A DNA stretch of 64,000 nt from a virus. This document shows positions 19,767 to 29,536 of this stretch, one piece after another. The notes beneath the pieces were generated by a model. It ran no database searches, was not told the DNA's origin, and worked only from the letters and a program-made list of their open reading frames with translations. The stretch's first letter is position 1. Every line of letters begins with the position of its first letter. The stretch spans positions 32,001-96,000 of IMG/VR virus record IMGVR_UViG_3300018080_000116; one strand, given 5' to 3'. A program made the translations under genes and the position numbers.

Positions 19767-20552
19767 ATGAGTGACAAACTCGCAGTATCCGAATTCGTCA
19801 AACGTCAGACCGCCGACAGCCAGTTCAGCCACTTCGACGGTGGTTGGCAAGCCCTGTTGCTTCTCACCCTGCAACACTTCGACAAGGCAACGCCCGGCTA
19901 TCGTGACGGCGTGTGTCTTGTGCCGGTGCCCGCTGATAAATTTTATAGCGCCATCGTCCAACTCGAAGACGGCGACCTGCTTGCTGGTGACTACACGCCA
20001 CGACAGGAAGGCGAAGAGCCTCGTAAGAGCGTGAACGTGGTTGGCGGCAAAAAGATGCAGGCCAAGTCCTGCCAAATCGTGTGCTACCGCCACGACGTTC
20101 TTGCCGAGAACGAAGAGCACTCTTGTGATGCCGAGTGGGAGATCATCAGCATCAACGCAAGCCCCTTCGAGGCCGACGTGGAAATCCCGATGGGCGTGGG
20201 CACGTTGATCGCTAACTACTTCCAGTTCAGTGGTGGCACCGAAATGAAAGGTGTCGATGCTGAACAGTTCTGCCAAAAGCTGAAAGCCAGTGCCACGTTC
20301 TGGAAAGACAAGGCGCACGCAGCGCCCGCAGACCACGGCGAGTATTACGTGGCCATCATGGTGCAGTATGGCAGTGGGCCGGTGGACAGCGACAATCTGA
20401 GCCCGTCAACCGTCAAGTTCTTCGGCCATGACTACGTTGCCGCCAACAGGTGGAAGGAACAGAAGGCCCTGATCGACGAGACGTGGAACGTCATCAAGTG
20501 TGCGATGCCGAAGGTCGGCGACGAGTACATTCCGTTTGACCAGGAAGAGTAG
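19767..20552 (+). CDS. DUF3228-like protein
   Basis: FVKRQT..SQFSH, PGYRDGV.LVPV, YRHDVLAEN..EWEIISINA..P..TLIANYF..SGGT recalled as the family pattern. Confidence 0.65.
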   Translation: MSDKLAVSEFVKRQTADSQFSHFDGGWQALLLLTLQHFDKATPGYRDGVCLVPVPADKFYSAIVQLEDGDLLAGDYTPRQEGEEPRKSVNVVGGKKMQAKSCQIVCYRHDVLAENEEHSCDAEWEIISINASPFEADVEIPMGVGTLIANYFQFSGGTEMKGVDAEQFCQKLKASATFWKDKAHAAPADHGEYYVAIMVQYGSGPVDSDNLSPSTVKFFGHDYVAANRWKEQKALIDETWNVIKCAMPKVGDEYIPFDQEE

Positions 20553-20553
20553 A

Positions 20554-20826
20554 ATGAGCCAGCCCATCCTCGAAACCGTTACGTTCAAGTGCCCCTGTGG
20601 CGCAACTGTTGATTACCCCAACACCATGAGGGGTGCAATCAACGTGGGCGATGCCGTCAAGGCGACCGGCTGGTACTCATACCACAACAACTACACCTAT
20701 GGATCAATTTGGGTTTGTCCCGATTGTGCAAAGCAGGCCCAAGAGCACGCAGAGGAAATCAAGCGACTGCTTGGCACCGATAGGGTCAACGTATCGTCCA
20801 TCATTAAATCGGAAGGGAAGAAATGA
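20554..20826 (+). CDS. Zn-ribbon protein
   Basis: CPCG..CPDC. Confidence 0.8.
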   Translation: MSQPILETVTFKCPCGATVDYPNTMRGAINVGDAVKATGWYSYHNNYTYGSIWVCPDCAKQAQEHAEEIKRLLGTDRVNVSSIIKSEGKK

Positions 20827-21083
20827 ACTGGCTTTACCTTGTGCCCGCCTTCATCGTTGGCATCTTCCTGCTGTACCTCGCCCTGTCCTGGGCGGTTTAC
20901 TGGTGGCGTGAACGACGCAGGCTCCGCAAGCTGGAAACCGATCCGGTGGTCTTCAACGGTCAAGCAGCCGACCACTGTATGGCCGAGACCATCCGATCCC
21001 TCAACGAGTACATGGCCAGCCCGGCAGGCCGAGCCCTGCACGAGCGAGCCATGATGGACGATCCAGAGAACCCCAAGAGCTAG
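20823..21083 (+). CDS. single-pass membrane protein
   Basis: N-terminal TM followed by RERRR. Confidence 0.8.
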   Translation: MNWLYLVPAFIVGIFLLYLALSWAVYWWRERRRLRKLETDPVVFNGQAADHCMAETIRSLNEYMASPAGRALHERAMMDDPENPKS

Positions 21084-21099
21084 ATTTATTTCAAATTTA

Positions 21100-21129
21100 C
21101 CGAACCTTTCGCCATCTGGCGTGTATAAG
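21100..21129 (+). promoter_or_regulatory. class I promoter element
   Basis: CCGAACC-N14-GTGTATAAG. Confidence 0.8.
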
Positions 21130-21175
21130 GGGTCGAGAAGCTGTTTTTGCCCCTAAAACCCGCAGGAAACCAGTC

Positions 21176-21865
21176 ATGGCCAAAAAGCCCTTCCAAGCCA
21201 GCCAGTTCACCGCCACCGAATTCTATTCCGCCGCCGACAAGGCCAAGTTCGCCAACCACTTCGTCCGCTTTGTGCTCTCCGGTTTCAAGCGGTCCCTCTT
21301 CTACAAGTGGTTCTACAAGCAGCTTTCCAACTGCTTCGGCCATATCGCCCACTACAACCAAGCAGGCTTCTACGCCCATTTCTTCGAGTCTCCCGAAGAT
21401 CAACTCCGCTTCGTCGAGCGGACCCGTGATTATCGCCCGTGCGGCGATCCGGCGTACACCTTCTGCGACGTGGAACGTGCGATCCAGTCTTGGTTCAACA
21501 CTCACAATGGTGACGTGAAGCGTGTTCTGCGTCAGCAGAACACGCAACATCAGGCCGAGGTCAACGCCGAGGAAGAGCGAATCAGCGCTCTGCGTGGCCA
21601 TACGCATCAGGTTTTCGTGGTTGTCGCCAAGAGCCAGAATGTCGGCAGCTTCGGCCACCACGGTTATATCATGGTTGCCAAGGATGGCAGCGCATGGGAA
21701 GTTCATCGTAGTTGTTCCATGCCGTGGCAACAGGGCCAGGAGATCAGGGTGCCCCTGGGCAATGGCTACCCGAATTGGGCCAGCGTGTGTTGTGAGGCTC
21801 CGATGCGGAAGCCGAACGCCCCCAAGGAAGTTGTCGAACAGGTCTTCGGCCAGAAGGTAGCATGA
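21176..21865 (+). CDS. hypothetical protein
   Basis: 229 aa; first gene after promoter. Confidence 0.85.
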   Translation: MAKKPFQASQFTATEFYSAADKAKFANHFVRFVLSGFKRSLFYKWFYKQLSNCFGHIAHYNQAGFYAHFFESPEDQLRFVERTRDYRPCGDPAYTFCDVERAIQSWFNTHNGDVKRVLRQQNTQHQAEVNAEEERISALRGHTHQVFVVVAKSQNVGSFGHHGYIMVAKDGSAWEVHRSCSMPWQQGQEIRVPLGNGYPNWASVCCEAPMRKPNAPKEVVEQVFGQKVA

Positions 21866-21868
21866 ATC

Positions 21869-22189
21869 ATGGGTAGAAAAAGACCACGTTGCGAAGGATG
21901 CGATGATGGCCGACGAAGAGCGTACCCGTGCGGCGAGTGCGGTCATTTCTTTTGCAGCGATTGCTTAGTTTGCGACGAAGACAACACGCCTTTTTGTTGG
22001 GCCTGCAATAGTGAGTTGGATCGGCTGGCCATAGAAGACTCCAAGAGGTTCTTGGGTGGAGATCGGCTAGAGCCACTCTGGTCGGAGGAAGCCGACGACG
22101 ACGCTGTTCTTTGCCGAGACTGGCATGGGAGTCGTACCGTTGGCCAAGTCAAAAACCTGGACGCAGATTACGAGTGCGAATATGCGTGA
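21869..22189 (+). CDS. Cys-rich (B-box/PHD-like) protein
   Basis: CEGC, CGECGH.FCSDC, FCWAC. Confidence 0.75.
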   Translation: MGRKRPRCEGCDDGRRRAYPCGECGHFFCSDCLVCDEDNTPFCWACNSELDRLAIEDSKRFLGGDRLEPLWSEEADDDAVLCRDWHGSRTVGQVKNLDADYECEYA

Positions 22190-22544
22190 GCAAATCGCCA
22201 GGGCGATCCGGGCCGCTCTGCCCAACTTCCTGGAAGAGCACGGCCTTGAAGACCCCTACGACATCAACTGTGGACTCTGCGAAGAGTTTGCCATCGAGAT
22301 TATCGACCAGTTGGGCGGCGAGACCGAAACACTGTGTATGGTATGGATCGAGGATGTTGTTGACACTCCATTCCCCGATGCGAGCCACGCCGTCATCTGC
22401 CTCGTGGTAGATGAAACTTATATCTACTTTGACTGTGAGTGTCCCGAGGGAACAACAGACCTTCGACAAATCCCGGCGATGAAGAACCAGGGAAAATCGA
22501 GGGGCGATGTTCTCGCAGAACGAGGAACCTTTTGCTGTGGCTAA
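22182..22544 (+). CDS. hypothetical protein
   Basis: resembles 7151..7558 (IN.G.C..FA...H...YFD..C.EG..D..Q.P). Confidence 0.75.
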   Translation: MREQIARAIRAALPNFLEEHGLEDPYDINCGLCEEFAIEIIDQLGGETETLCMVWIEDVVDTPFPDASHAVICLVVDETYIYFDCECPEGTTDLRQIPAMKNQGKSRGDVLAERGTFCCG

Positions 22545-22827
22545 GAAATCTCAAGAGTTTGTGGACCTGGGCAATGAGTTTGGCCTGTCACTGACCCGTG
22601 ACGAGGCGCACATGGTACGCAGCGTGTACGTGCAGCACGTTTCCGGCGACCGTTATCGAGTGGGCATTTCCTTTGTCCCCAACAGCAGCCGCCCGGACAT
22701 ATACTCCCATCCCGTGCCCTATGCGAGCATGACGGCAGCGAACGCCCTGCGGTTGTTGGTCACCGAGAAGATTACGAGCTTCTGCAACCCCGCCGAGCCC
22801 ATTTCCAACGAGGAACTTGCGTCGTGA
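22507..22827 (+). CDS. hypothetical protein
   Basis: in operon; start uncertain. Confidence 0.7.
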   Translation: MFSQNEEPFAVAKKSQEFVDLGNEFGLSLTRDEAHMVRSVYVQHVSGDRYRVGISFVPNSSRPDIYSHPVPYASMTAANALRLLVTEKITSFCNPAEPISNEELAS

Positions 22828-23093
22828 ACGGACCAACCACCGAACAACTCACCAAGTTGCGAAGATTGGCAAAGGCGTTCTATCAGTTTCGTGATGAACT
22901 GGAAGACGAGTTCTTTGTTCAGCATCTTGGCGAGAATGGGGATTGGACCGAAGTTGAGAAGTGGCTGGCAGAAAATGATCGCCAATGCAAGTTTCGATTC
23001 GGCCCCAACAACTCGTGCGAAGAACATATTTTCGGCGCTTTGGTTTACGAGACCAACCGGAGACGATGGGCCTCGCTACTTAACCCAGGATGA
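22824..23093 (+). CDS. hypothetical protein
   Basis: GTGA overlap. Confidence 0.75.
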   Translation: MNGPTTEQLTKLRRLAKAFYQFRDELEDEFFVQHLGENGDWTEVEKWLAENDRQCKFRFGPNNSCEEHIFGALVYETNRRRWASLLNPG

Positions 23094-23113
23094 AGAGCAA
23101 CAGGGAGAGAACG

Positions 23114-23323
23114 ATGCCCCAAGCCAAGCGACAGTGTAACGTCGAGGGATGCGAACTGCACCATTGCCGCAAGTGCGGTGGTCACTACGATCCAGCGTGC
23201 AGCGAAGGTCGCCCCGACGTTTGTGATGAATGTCAACTCAATGAAATCCAAGCCGAGTGCGAGGCGCAAACACAAGCCTTCGGTGGCAACTACGAGGAAG
23301 CCGCCAAGTTCTTCGGCTGGTAG
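23114..23323 (+). CDS. small Cys-rich protein
   Basis: CNVEGC..HCRKC..CDEC. Confidence 0.75.
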   Translation: MPQAKRQCNVEGCELHHCRKCGGHYDPACSEGRPDVCDECQLNEIQAECEAQTQAFGGNYEEAAKFFGW

Positions 23324-23334
23324 AAAGAATAAAA

Positions 23335-23748
23335 ATGACAACGGACAGAACGTCAGCAAGTTCAGCACGCCGAGCCCTGGAAGACGCCCAACGCCAGTTG
23401 AAGCAGGCCGAGCAAAAGGTCCAGCAGATCGAGCGTGACTGCCAGCACGATTGGGACGTGAAGAACGAACCGATCTATGACGAGGGCTACACCTGTCCTG
23501 GTGATCCGCCTGGAACAATGGGTGTGGACTGGCGTGGACCCGTCTACGTTGAACCCAAAACGACGCCTCGTTGGATCAGGACGTGCAAGACGTGCGGCAA
23601 GGTAGAGCACACTTGCGTCAGCAAGCAAGAAACCAGGGGTGCCACACTCGACGATGGCACCAGGACCACCGCCCAAGTCACCGTTCCCGATTGGAGCCGA
23701 GCACAGGCCGGTCGTGGACGTGAGGGCTTCAAAAATCGTAGGTGGTAG
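23335..23748 (+). CDS. hypothetical protein with CxHxW and CxxC motifs
   Basis: coiled coil, then CQHDW..CKTC. Confidence 0.8.
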   Translation: MTTDRTSASSARRALEDAQRQLKQAEQKVQQIERDCQHDWDVKNEPIYDEGYTCPGDPPGTMGVDWRGPVYVEPKTTPRWIRTCKTCGKVEHTCVSKQETRGATLDDGTRTTAQVTVPDWSRAQAGRGREGFKNRRW

Positions 23749-23779
23749 CACTAACCACCGCAACCCAACGGAGAGTACC

Positions 23780-24247
23780 ATGCAAAGTGTGACCCGATGC
23801 CCGTTCTGTGGAGCACCACTTGCCAACATCATTCACGATATGGTGGAATGGCAGGCGCAGTCGATGGAAGATGGCGATAATCTCGCCAAGGTTGTTGAAC
23901 ACCAGTGCGTGAAGTGTCAGCAATCGTTTTGGACTGACCCCGAGGCGGCAGCACCCAAGACCGGTCAATACTACGTGGACTACCTTGTGCGTGTGTGTAT
24001 CGACGCCCCGGTGGACGATGACGTGAACGACATGATGGACGTTTGGAATGACGCCAATATCTCGGTTGAGTTTCCGAATGACGATAGTGTCAACGTGTTG
24101 ACCACCGAGGTTTTGGACACGCAATACGCCGGTGAGTGCGACGAAGCAACAGGCACCTTGATTCGCCGTAACTCACAGGGCGAGCAAGTAGGCACCGGAC
24201 GTACAGCCTACATCGTTCAACAACCCGACGTGGAAGACGATGCCTAA
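23780..24247 (+). CDS. Zn-ribbon/acidic protein
   Basis: SD ACGGAG; CPFC..CVKC. Confidence 0.8.
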   Translation: MQSVTRCPFCGAPLANIIHDMVEWQAQSMEDGDNLAKVVEHQCVKCQQSFWTDPEAAAPKTGQYYVDYLVRVCIDAPVDDDVNDMMDVWNDANISVEFPNDDSVNVLTTEVLDTQYAGECDEATGTLIRRNSQGEQVGTGRTAYIVQQPDVEDDA

Positions 24248-24551
24248 AGAACACCACTTGATCGTGACCAGCAGTGAGTTGTACGACATCGTGCGTGCCG
24301 TCGTGTATGCCACGTCGCCAACTCTCTGCTACGTGGCAGCCTGCCAGATCATCGGCAAGCTGCCGAAAGGGAATCACGAACTACGTGAACGACTCTGGCA
24401 GATCGTAGGGCGTGAGTGGTATGCCAACATAGCCAGACACAACAACTGTCACGAAGACGGTGATCCGTTTTACCGTATCGACCAACATGGGAGCACCGAT
24501 CCCAAAGATTGGGAAGTGCTCGAAGTCGAGGAAGGAATGGCTCAACACTAG
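24240..24551 (+). CDS. hypothetical protein
   Basis: overlap coupling. Confidence 0.75.
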   Translation: MPKEHHLIVTSSELYDIVRAVVYATSPTLCYVAACQIIGKLPKGNHELRERLWQIVGREWYANIARHNNCHEDGDPFYRIDQHGSTDPKDWEVLEVEEGMAQH

Positions 24552-24651
24552 GGGGGAACATGGAAGTTTTAGAATGGGTGCTTGGAAGCGCCTGGGTGTT
24601 TGTCATGCTATTTTGCCTGCATGTCAGTGTGCATAAGCCACGAGAATAAAA

Positions 24652-24900
24652 ATGAAACTCCAAGAACTACGTCATAGGTTGAATGAGTTGGCAAGGGTCA
24701 ACCCCGCCGCTGACAAGCAGGAGGCATACGTAATCATTACGTTGTGCGAGTGTGGGGAACCAGCCAAGGAAGGTCGCTTTGTCATTACCGGTGTGAAACG
24801 AAAGAGACGGAAAGACCTGCTCGAAGCCAACTACGATGGGCAGGCCACCGAGATCAACATTCATCAAAACGAAAGTCTGCGTGATTGGGAGACTGACTGA
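24652..24900 (+). CDS. hypothetical protein
   Basis: TGATG coupling to next gene. Confidence 0.75.
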   Translation: MKLQELRHRLNELARVNPAADKQEAYVIITLCECGEPAKEGRFVITGVKRKRRKDLLEANYDGQATEINIHQNESLRDWETD

Positions 24901-25235
24901 TGGGACTTGCAGCGTTAGCAGTGGGAGGGCTCGCCGCCGTACTCGCCCTAGTATGGCTGGCGCAATCCGATTGGGGACCAACGTGGCACGAGAACGACCT
25001 GGGCTACTACGCCCGTGTGAACCACGACAAGTTGTACGTCCGACCCATCGGTCAGACCTGGGCCGAAGACTATGATGGACCGTGGGCAGCGTCCATCGAG
25101 TATGAGGATAGCCACGTCGTCAAAGGTGGTGGCGTATGGGATACGGCAGGTGAAGCCAAGAAAGCCATTTATGCCAAGTACAAGCGGCTTCTCAAACAAC
25201 ACTTGAACGACCTGAAACAGATGGGGAGGGTGTGA
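24900..25235 (+). CDS. membrane-anchored protein
   Basis: N-terminal TM helix. Confidence 0.75.
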   Translation: MGLAALAVGGLAAVLALVWLAQSDWGPTWHENDLGYYARVNHDKLYVRPIGQTWAEDYDGPWAASIEYEDSHVVKGGGVWDTAGEAKKAIYAKYKRLLKQHLNDLKQMGRV

Positions 25236-25819
25236 TGGCGATTCAGACCACCACCGAATTGGTTGTTTGTAGCAAGTGCGGCAAGCAACGAAACAAACGA
25301 CACAAGCCTTGGCGCATTTGTGGCAGGTGTGGCGAACCGTTCTGCCTTCGGTGCATCAATGGCCGCATGGAACTGTGCAACACTTGTTGGAACCTTGACT
25401 ATGATGAAAAAGAGGCCAAGCGAAAGCAAACGCCGGTCGAGTGCCAAGGGTGCCACAAACAAAAGTTGCCCGATGAAATGGAGAACCCATACGTCCCCAC
25501 AGTCTGTAAAGAGTGTGCTGAAATAACACGCAACCTCAAGGCAGCCAAAGCAAGAGAGGACAAGAAACGAAACGCCAGACCGGGACTGGTGGAAGTGGCC
25601 TATGGGGTTCACCAGCCACCTGCCGAGGATGGAGGGAGTGGATATTCCTACTATTATCACGAACCCCTCAACCTGGGCGACATCGTGCTCGTGCCTTCCA
25701 CTTGGTTGGATCAAGTGCATGAGCAAGGTGGCCCCAAGGAAGCGACCGTGGTCTCCACCTACTCTGATTATGATGGGCACGCCCAAAGCATTATTCGGGT
25801 TGTCAAGAGGAAAGCATGA
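25232..25819 (+). CDS. multi-Zn-finger protein
   Basis: CSKC, CGRC..CLRC..CNTC, CQGC..CKEC. Confidence 0.8.
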   Translation: MMAIQTTTELVVCSKCGKQRNKRHKPWRICGRCGEPFCLRCINGRMELCNTCWNLDYDEKEAKRKQTPVECQGCHKQKLPDEMENPYVPTVCKECAEITRNLKAAKAREDKKRNARPGLVEVAYGVHQPPAEDGGSGYSYYYHEPLNLGDIVLVPSTWLDQVHEQGGPKEATVVSTYSDYDGHAQSIIRVVKRKA

Positions 25820-26262
25820 CCCCGGAACAACGAGCACAACAATTCCTGACTGAGCATGGATACAGCGATACAATCATCAAAGGCTCGCCCGCCTGTCGAT
25901 TGTCTGACGTGTTGGTGGCGTTCGCTAAATCGCAAGGATGTGGCTTTGCTCCCGATGGCCCCGATGACAGGATGCTCGCCGAGATCAAACAGGAGATCAT
26001 CCAGCGCATGCGTCAGCGTGCTCCCAAGATGATCCCCGACAGCGATCAAGTTCCCACGTACCTCGTTCACCGCATGGTGGACAACTACCCCATCTACCAA
26101 GAGCAAACATTTGCCCTCCTGCAAGAACTGGAAGCAGAGGGCATAGTTGAGCGACATAGCCGAGGTAAGAAATTCCTGGAAGACCACGGCATCGAAGACG
26201 ATGTAGCAGGTCACGAATTCAAATGGTCACTAACGGACAAAGGGTTCTGTGCAGATGCCTAA
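25816..26262 (+). CDS. hypothetical protein, possible C-terminal winged helix
   Basis: LQELEAEGIV...WSLTDKG pattern. Confidence 0.75.
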   Translation: MTPEQRAQQFLTEHGYSDTIIKGSPACRLSDVLVAFAKSQGCGFAPDGPDDRMLAEIKQEIIQRMRQRAPKMIPDSDQVPTYLVHRMVDNYPIYQEQTFALLQELEAEGIVERHSRGKKFLEDHGIEDDVAGHEFKWSLTDKGFCADA

Positions 26263-27412
26263 AAAAGACCGAAGAGCGGTTTTGATAGACCGGCTCGATC
26301 AACTCAGCCAACGCCTTGACGATCCCGACCTGCCGGTCACTGTGGATAGCGTTGGCATCTTTGGGTCTTTTTGCCGAGGCAAAGAGCGACCCAAAGACGT
26401 GGACTTGGTGATAGTCCTGCATCGAGACCTTGATCCCTTGGAGACAGATGAATCAGGGTGTGGCCATTTCAAGCGAACAGCCGATCCAAAGTGGCAAGAG
26501 TGGTTGGACTTCGAGCGTAAGATGCTGCCAAAGGTTTGGCGTGCTCGATGGAAGGTGGATGACGACGAACGACCGGAGAGTTGGGCTAAGGCGGCGAAGG
26601 TGAAAAAGAAATATGTCAGGTGGTGCTCGGTTCTGTCCCGAACCCACTTCGATGAATTGAGTTGGCGAGGCGGCATCAACCCCATGATGGTCACGACCAG
26701 ATTGTTGAGAAAGGGCCTGCCCGGCATCAACATCTTGGAAAACACCTACTTCTCCTGGGAAGACATGGAAGAGGGTCTTACCACCAGCAAAGTGTTCTTG
26801 TTTTGGAGTAGAGAGAAGCCGGATTGGATGGCCAATCTCGACGCCCTGCAAAACACAGATTATTTGCGTCCACTGTTGGCGTCCGAGTACGCCAATTTTC
26901 AGTCGCAGTATGATTACAACGAAAAGAGAATCCAAGAGGTTGTCGCCCAAGTTTCAGCGATTATGGCACACCCCCGTCGCTTGCAGATGGTGCCCAAGGG
27001 TGGCGAATTTTGGGGCTTGCTGGAAGTCTTCTCAAAGCAGTTTGTGTCCGCAAATACGGAAGAGGATACTTGGTCGCCTCACGAAGGCCGAAGAGAGGCG
27101 GAAGATCGTCGCAAGGCGATTGAAGCCGCTGGCGAGTTTAATGAGTGGAATGAACAGGAGTTGGCGGCTCGTGTGGAGTCGTTGCGAGTCAGCATCAAGA
27201 AACAACCTGACAGAATGAGAGTGTGGAAAACTCTCAGGGACGGCCTGCTTAGGTTCAAGTCTGGCCTGTCCTTGGAAGGCGACCGATACCTCAACAAGGA
27301 ATTCATGCCACAAACACCAGAGAAGGTGGTGGAATGGGTTGAAGAACAAATACCCAAGAGATTGTCAAGAACACTCGATCACGTTTTGGAAAATGAATTT
27401 ACATGGGGTTGA
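26249..27412 (+). CDS. protein with N-terminal Pol-beta-family nucleotidyltransferase domain
   Basis: VGIFGSFCRGKERPKDVDLVIV motif. Confidence 0.75.
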   Translation: MQMPKKDRRAVLIDRLDQLSQRLDDPDLPVTVDSVGIFGSFCRGKERPKDVDLVIVLHRDLDPLETDESGCGHFKRTADPKWQEWLDFERKMLPKVWRARWKVDDDERPESWAKAAKVKKKYVRWCSVLSRTHFDELSWRGGINPMMVTTRLLRKGLPGINILENTYFSWEDMEEGLTTSKVFLFWSREKPDWMANLDALQNTDYLRPLLASEYANFQSQYDYNEKRIQEVVAQVSAIMAHPRRLQMVPKGGEFWGLLEVFSKQFVSANTEEDTWSPHEGRREAEDRRKAIEAAGEFNEWNEQELAARVESLRVSIKKQPDRMRVWKTLRDGLLRFKSGLSLEGDRYLNKEFMPQTPEKVVEWVEEQIPKRLSRTLDHVLENEFTWG

Positions 27413-27615
27413 CCAAGCTACAAGCCGAAGTGCTCCAAGCCATCAAGGATAGTCCTGGTGAAGACGCAGGCTTCGTGTGCTACGGCTGGTTGTCACCGCA
27501 GACGTTCGGCAGAGTGGCGCACACACTGATGAAAATGGGTTTGGTCTACTACTACGACAACACGAGCCAAGGCTACAGAGAATGGTGGCCAGTGAGGGAA
27601 GAGAATGACGCCTAA
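27403..27615 (+). CDS. small winged-helix-like protein
   Basis: LTKLQAEVLQAIK...TLMKMGLVYY. Confidence 0.6.
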   Translation: MGLTKLQAEVLQAIKDSPGEDAGFVCYGWLSPQTFGRVAHTLMKMGLVYYYDNTSQGYREWWPVREENDA

Positions 27616-28156
27616 GCTATTCACACGAATCGACCATCCCGATCCCACGTGGTTCGTCAGGAGCCATCAACATGAATTTTATTTGCCCACCGAGGTTGTG
27701 GTCAGCGAGCCCAAGATCGTCACGCCCCGAGTGGGCAGGTACTACGAGATCGACCTGTACGTGAGAGACGAAAAAGACCTGCCCATAGCACGCCATGCCG
27801 AAGGTCGAAAGCATTTCCACAGTTATCGTGATTACCAGTGCGTCGATTGGGATAAGCAGGTGAAGTTGATCCCCTACGACGAACTGCGACAGCTTGGAGA
27901 CTTCCACGGTACAGGCCGAGAAATCCAAGTGTGCCTGTACGAGATATGGGGAGAGTTTGGAAGCGACGGTCACACGAGGTACGAACTGGTTTGCTGGATG
28001 CTGCATCCAGGTGAATGTACGGCCTGCAAACCACACGAAATGCACAACCACTTCTACGATCATTTCAGGAGCCCACAGCCGCCGCCAGACGACCACGAGC
28101 AATCACAGACGACTCAGCAGTCCCCGAAGCCTAACAGGCCCTCAGACGGCCTCTGA
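27605..28156 (+). CDS. hypothetical protein
   Basis: 183-aa ORF. Confidence 0.8.
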   Translation: MTPKLFTRIDHPDPTWFVRSHQHEFYLPTEVVVSEPKIVTPRVGRYYEIDLYVRDEKDLPIARHAEGRKHFHSYRDYQCVDWDKQVKLIPYDELRQLGDFHGTGREIQVCLYEIWGEFGSDGHTRYELVCWMLHPGECTACKPHEMHNHFYDHFRSPQPPPDDHEQSQTTQQSPKPNRPSDGL

Positions 28157-28195
28157 GAGCCCCTGAGACTTGCCACCCGGTAGGGGGGGGGCAAG

Positions 28196-28223
28196 TTTAC
28201 AATGGCCCATCCTGGGCTACAAT
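28196..28223 (+). promoter_or_regulatory. class II sigma70-like promoter TTTACA-N16-TACAAT
   Basis: shares CTGGGCTACAATT with the 8567 copy. Confidence 0.7.
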
Positions 28224-28261
28224 TACTGCGGAAAGGAACCCACAAATGAGAGGAAATAAAA

Positions 28262-29014
28262 ATGAAAACAGATGAAAGAGTTTACATCGTACCAATCCAA
28301 GATCGTGGCACCATCACCAGCATCCGCCCGGACGATGGCAGCCCGCCCGAATCCATCTATCACGTGAAGCGTGACGAGGATGGTGGGGACCATCTTTGCC
28401 GTGAGTGTGAGTTGCGTTCACTCGAAGAGGAACGGCCCGCCCTGCACCAACTTGTGCTGGTGCCAGGGGCCACGGTCCATGACGTGTTGGTCGCTATTGA
28501 AGATGAAGAGCCCGACGACGTGGCATCTTTGCTTGCCTGTACCGACCGCTACGACTTGCTCAAGGCCCTCAAGGATCATTACCTCTACGGCGAAGAGGCA
28601 ACCAAAGAGTTGGACATGAAGGCACGCATGGACAAGATGAAGGCCGAATTCGAGGCCAAGTGTGCCAAGTATCCCGACCAACTCAAACGCTTCCGCCGCA
28701 TCGTTCACGCCAGCCGAAAGGTCGGCCTCTTTGACGTGAACTATCCTTCGGCCATTGCCGCTCAATTCAAACTCGAAGGCAAGTTCTCTGCCATCAGCGG
28801 CGACGGTCTCTTTCTGTTCGTGCTGGAAGTGCTCTCCACCGAGGGTCCAGGTCAATACAAACTTCATCGCAATCCCACTGGTCACGAGCCCGGCGACGAA
28901 GAACAAACGTTTCTTGCTGCCACCGGTGGTGAGTACGAGCGTCCATTGACCGCCGACATGGTGGCCGAGGCCCTCATGCAAACCTTTGGAGTACAAGAGG
29001 AACCCAACGAATGA
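28262..29014 (+). CDS. hypothetical protein
   Basis: 250 aa; SD GAGG. Confidence 0.85.
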   Translation: MKTDERVYIVPIQDRGTITSIRPDDGSPPESIYHVKRDEDGGDHLCRECELRSLEEERPALHQLVLVPGATVHDVLVAIEDEEPDDVASLLACTDRYDLLKALKDHYLYGEEATKELDMKARMDKMKAEFEAKCAKYPDQLKRFRRIVHASRKVGLFDVNYPSAIAAQFKLEGKFSAISGDGLFLFVLEVLSTEGPGQYKLHRNPTGHEPGDEEQTFLAATGGEYERPLTADMVAEALMQTFGVQEEPNE

Positions 29015-29370
29015 CAACCAACCGACGACATCCTGTTAATCTGCGACCCAAGGGCGGCAAGAAACTCAAACTGTTCGCCATCAACGACAAGTGCGAGGTT
29101 GTGCCGGTTGAAGGCCCGATAGCTCAATACTTTTGGGTGAAAGGCTCTCAACTACAGCAGCCCGAAGGCCGCATGTTGACCCTAGACATCCATTTGTTTG
29201 AGGAAGAACGCAAGGCCAACCTCGCCGCCCGCTTGGCCATCGTCAAAAAGAAAGCGGCATTGCAGCAAGAAATCTCCGAGTTGGAACTTCAACACCAAAC
29301 ACTCACGCAGCGAGACAGGGAGATCGAACATGGCCAAGCTGAGGTCGCTCAAGCCAACGCATCATGTTGA
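29011..29370 (+). CDS. hypothetical protein with coiled coil
   Basis: ATGA overlap. Confidence 0.75.
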   Translation: MTTNRRHPVNLRPKGGKKLKLFAINDKCEVVPVEGPIAQYFWVKGSQLQQPEGRMLTLDIHLFEEERKANLAARLAIVKKKAALQQEISELELQHQTLTQRDREIEHGQAEVAQANASC

Positions 29371-29536
29371 GTTTTTCGATAGCTCCACGATGCGGAACCG
29401 TACCGAGCCAGGGCGATTGCTTCACGCATCGGTAAGTGATGATCCCGACGTTGAGGATATGGCAACAGTGGAAGTGGACCAGCCCATCCGCAAGCGTGTG
29501 CGTGTGCCGCTCGCCTGTTGCACTCCAATAAGTTAG
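29330..29536 (+). CDS. small hypothetical protein
   Basis: ATG after GGGAG. Confidence 0.55.
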   Translation: MAKLRSLKPTHHVEFFDSSTMRNRTEPGRLLHASVSDDPDVEDMATVEVDQPIRKRVRVPLACCTPIS

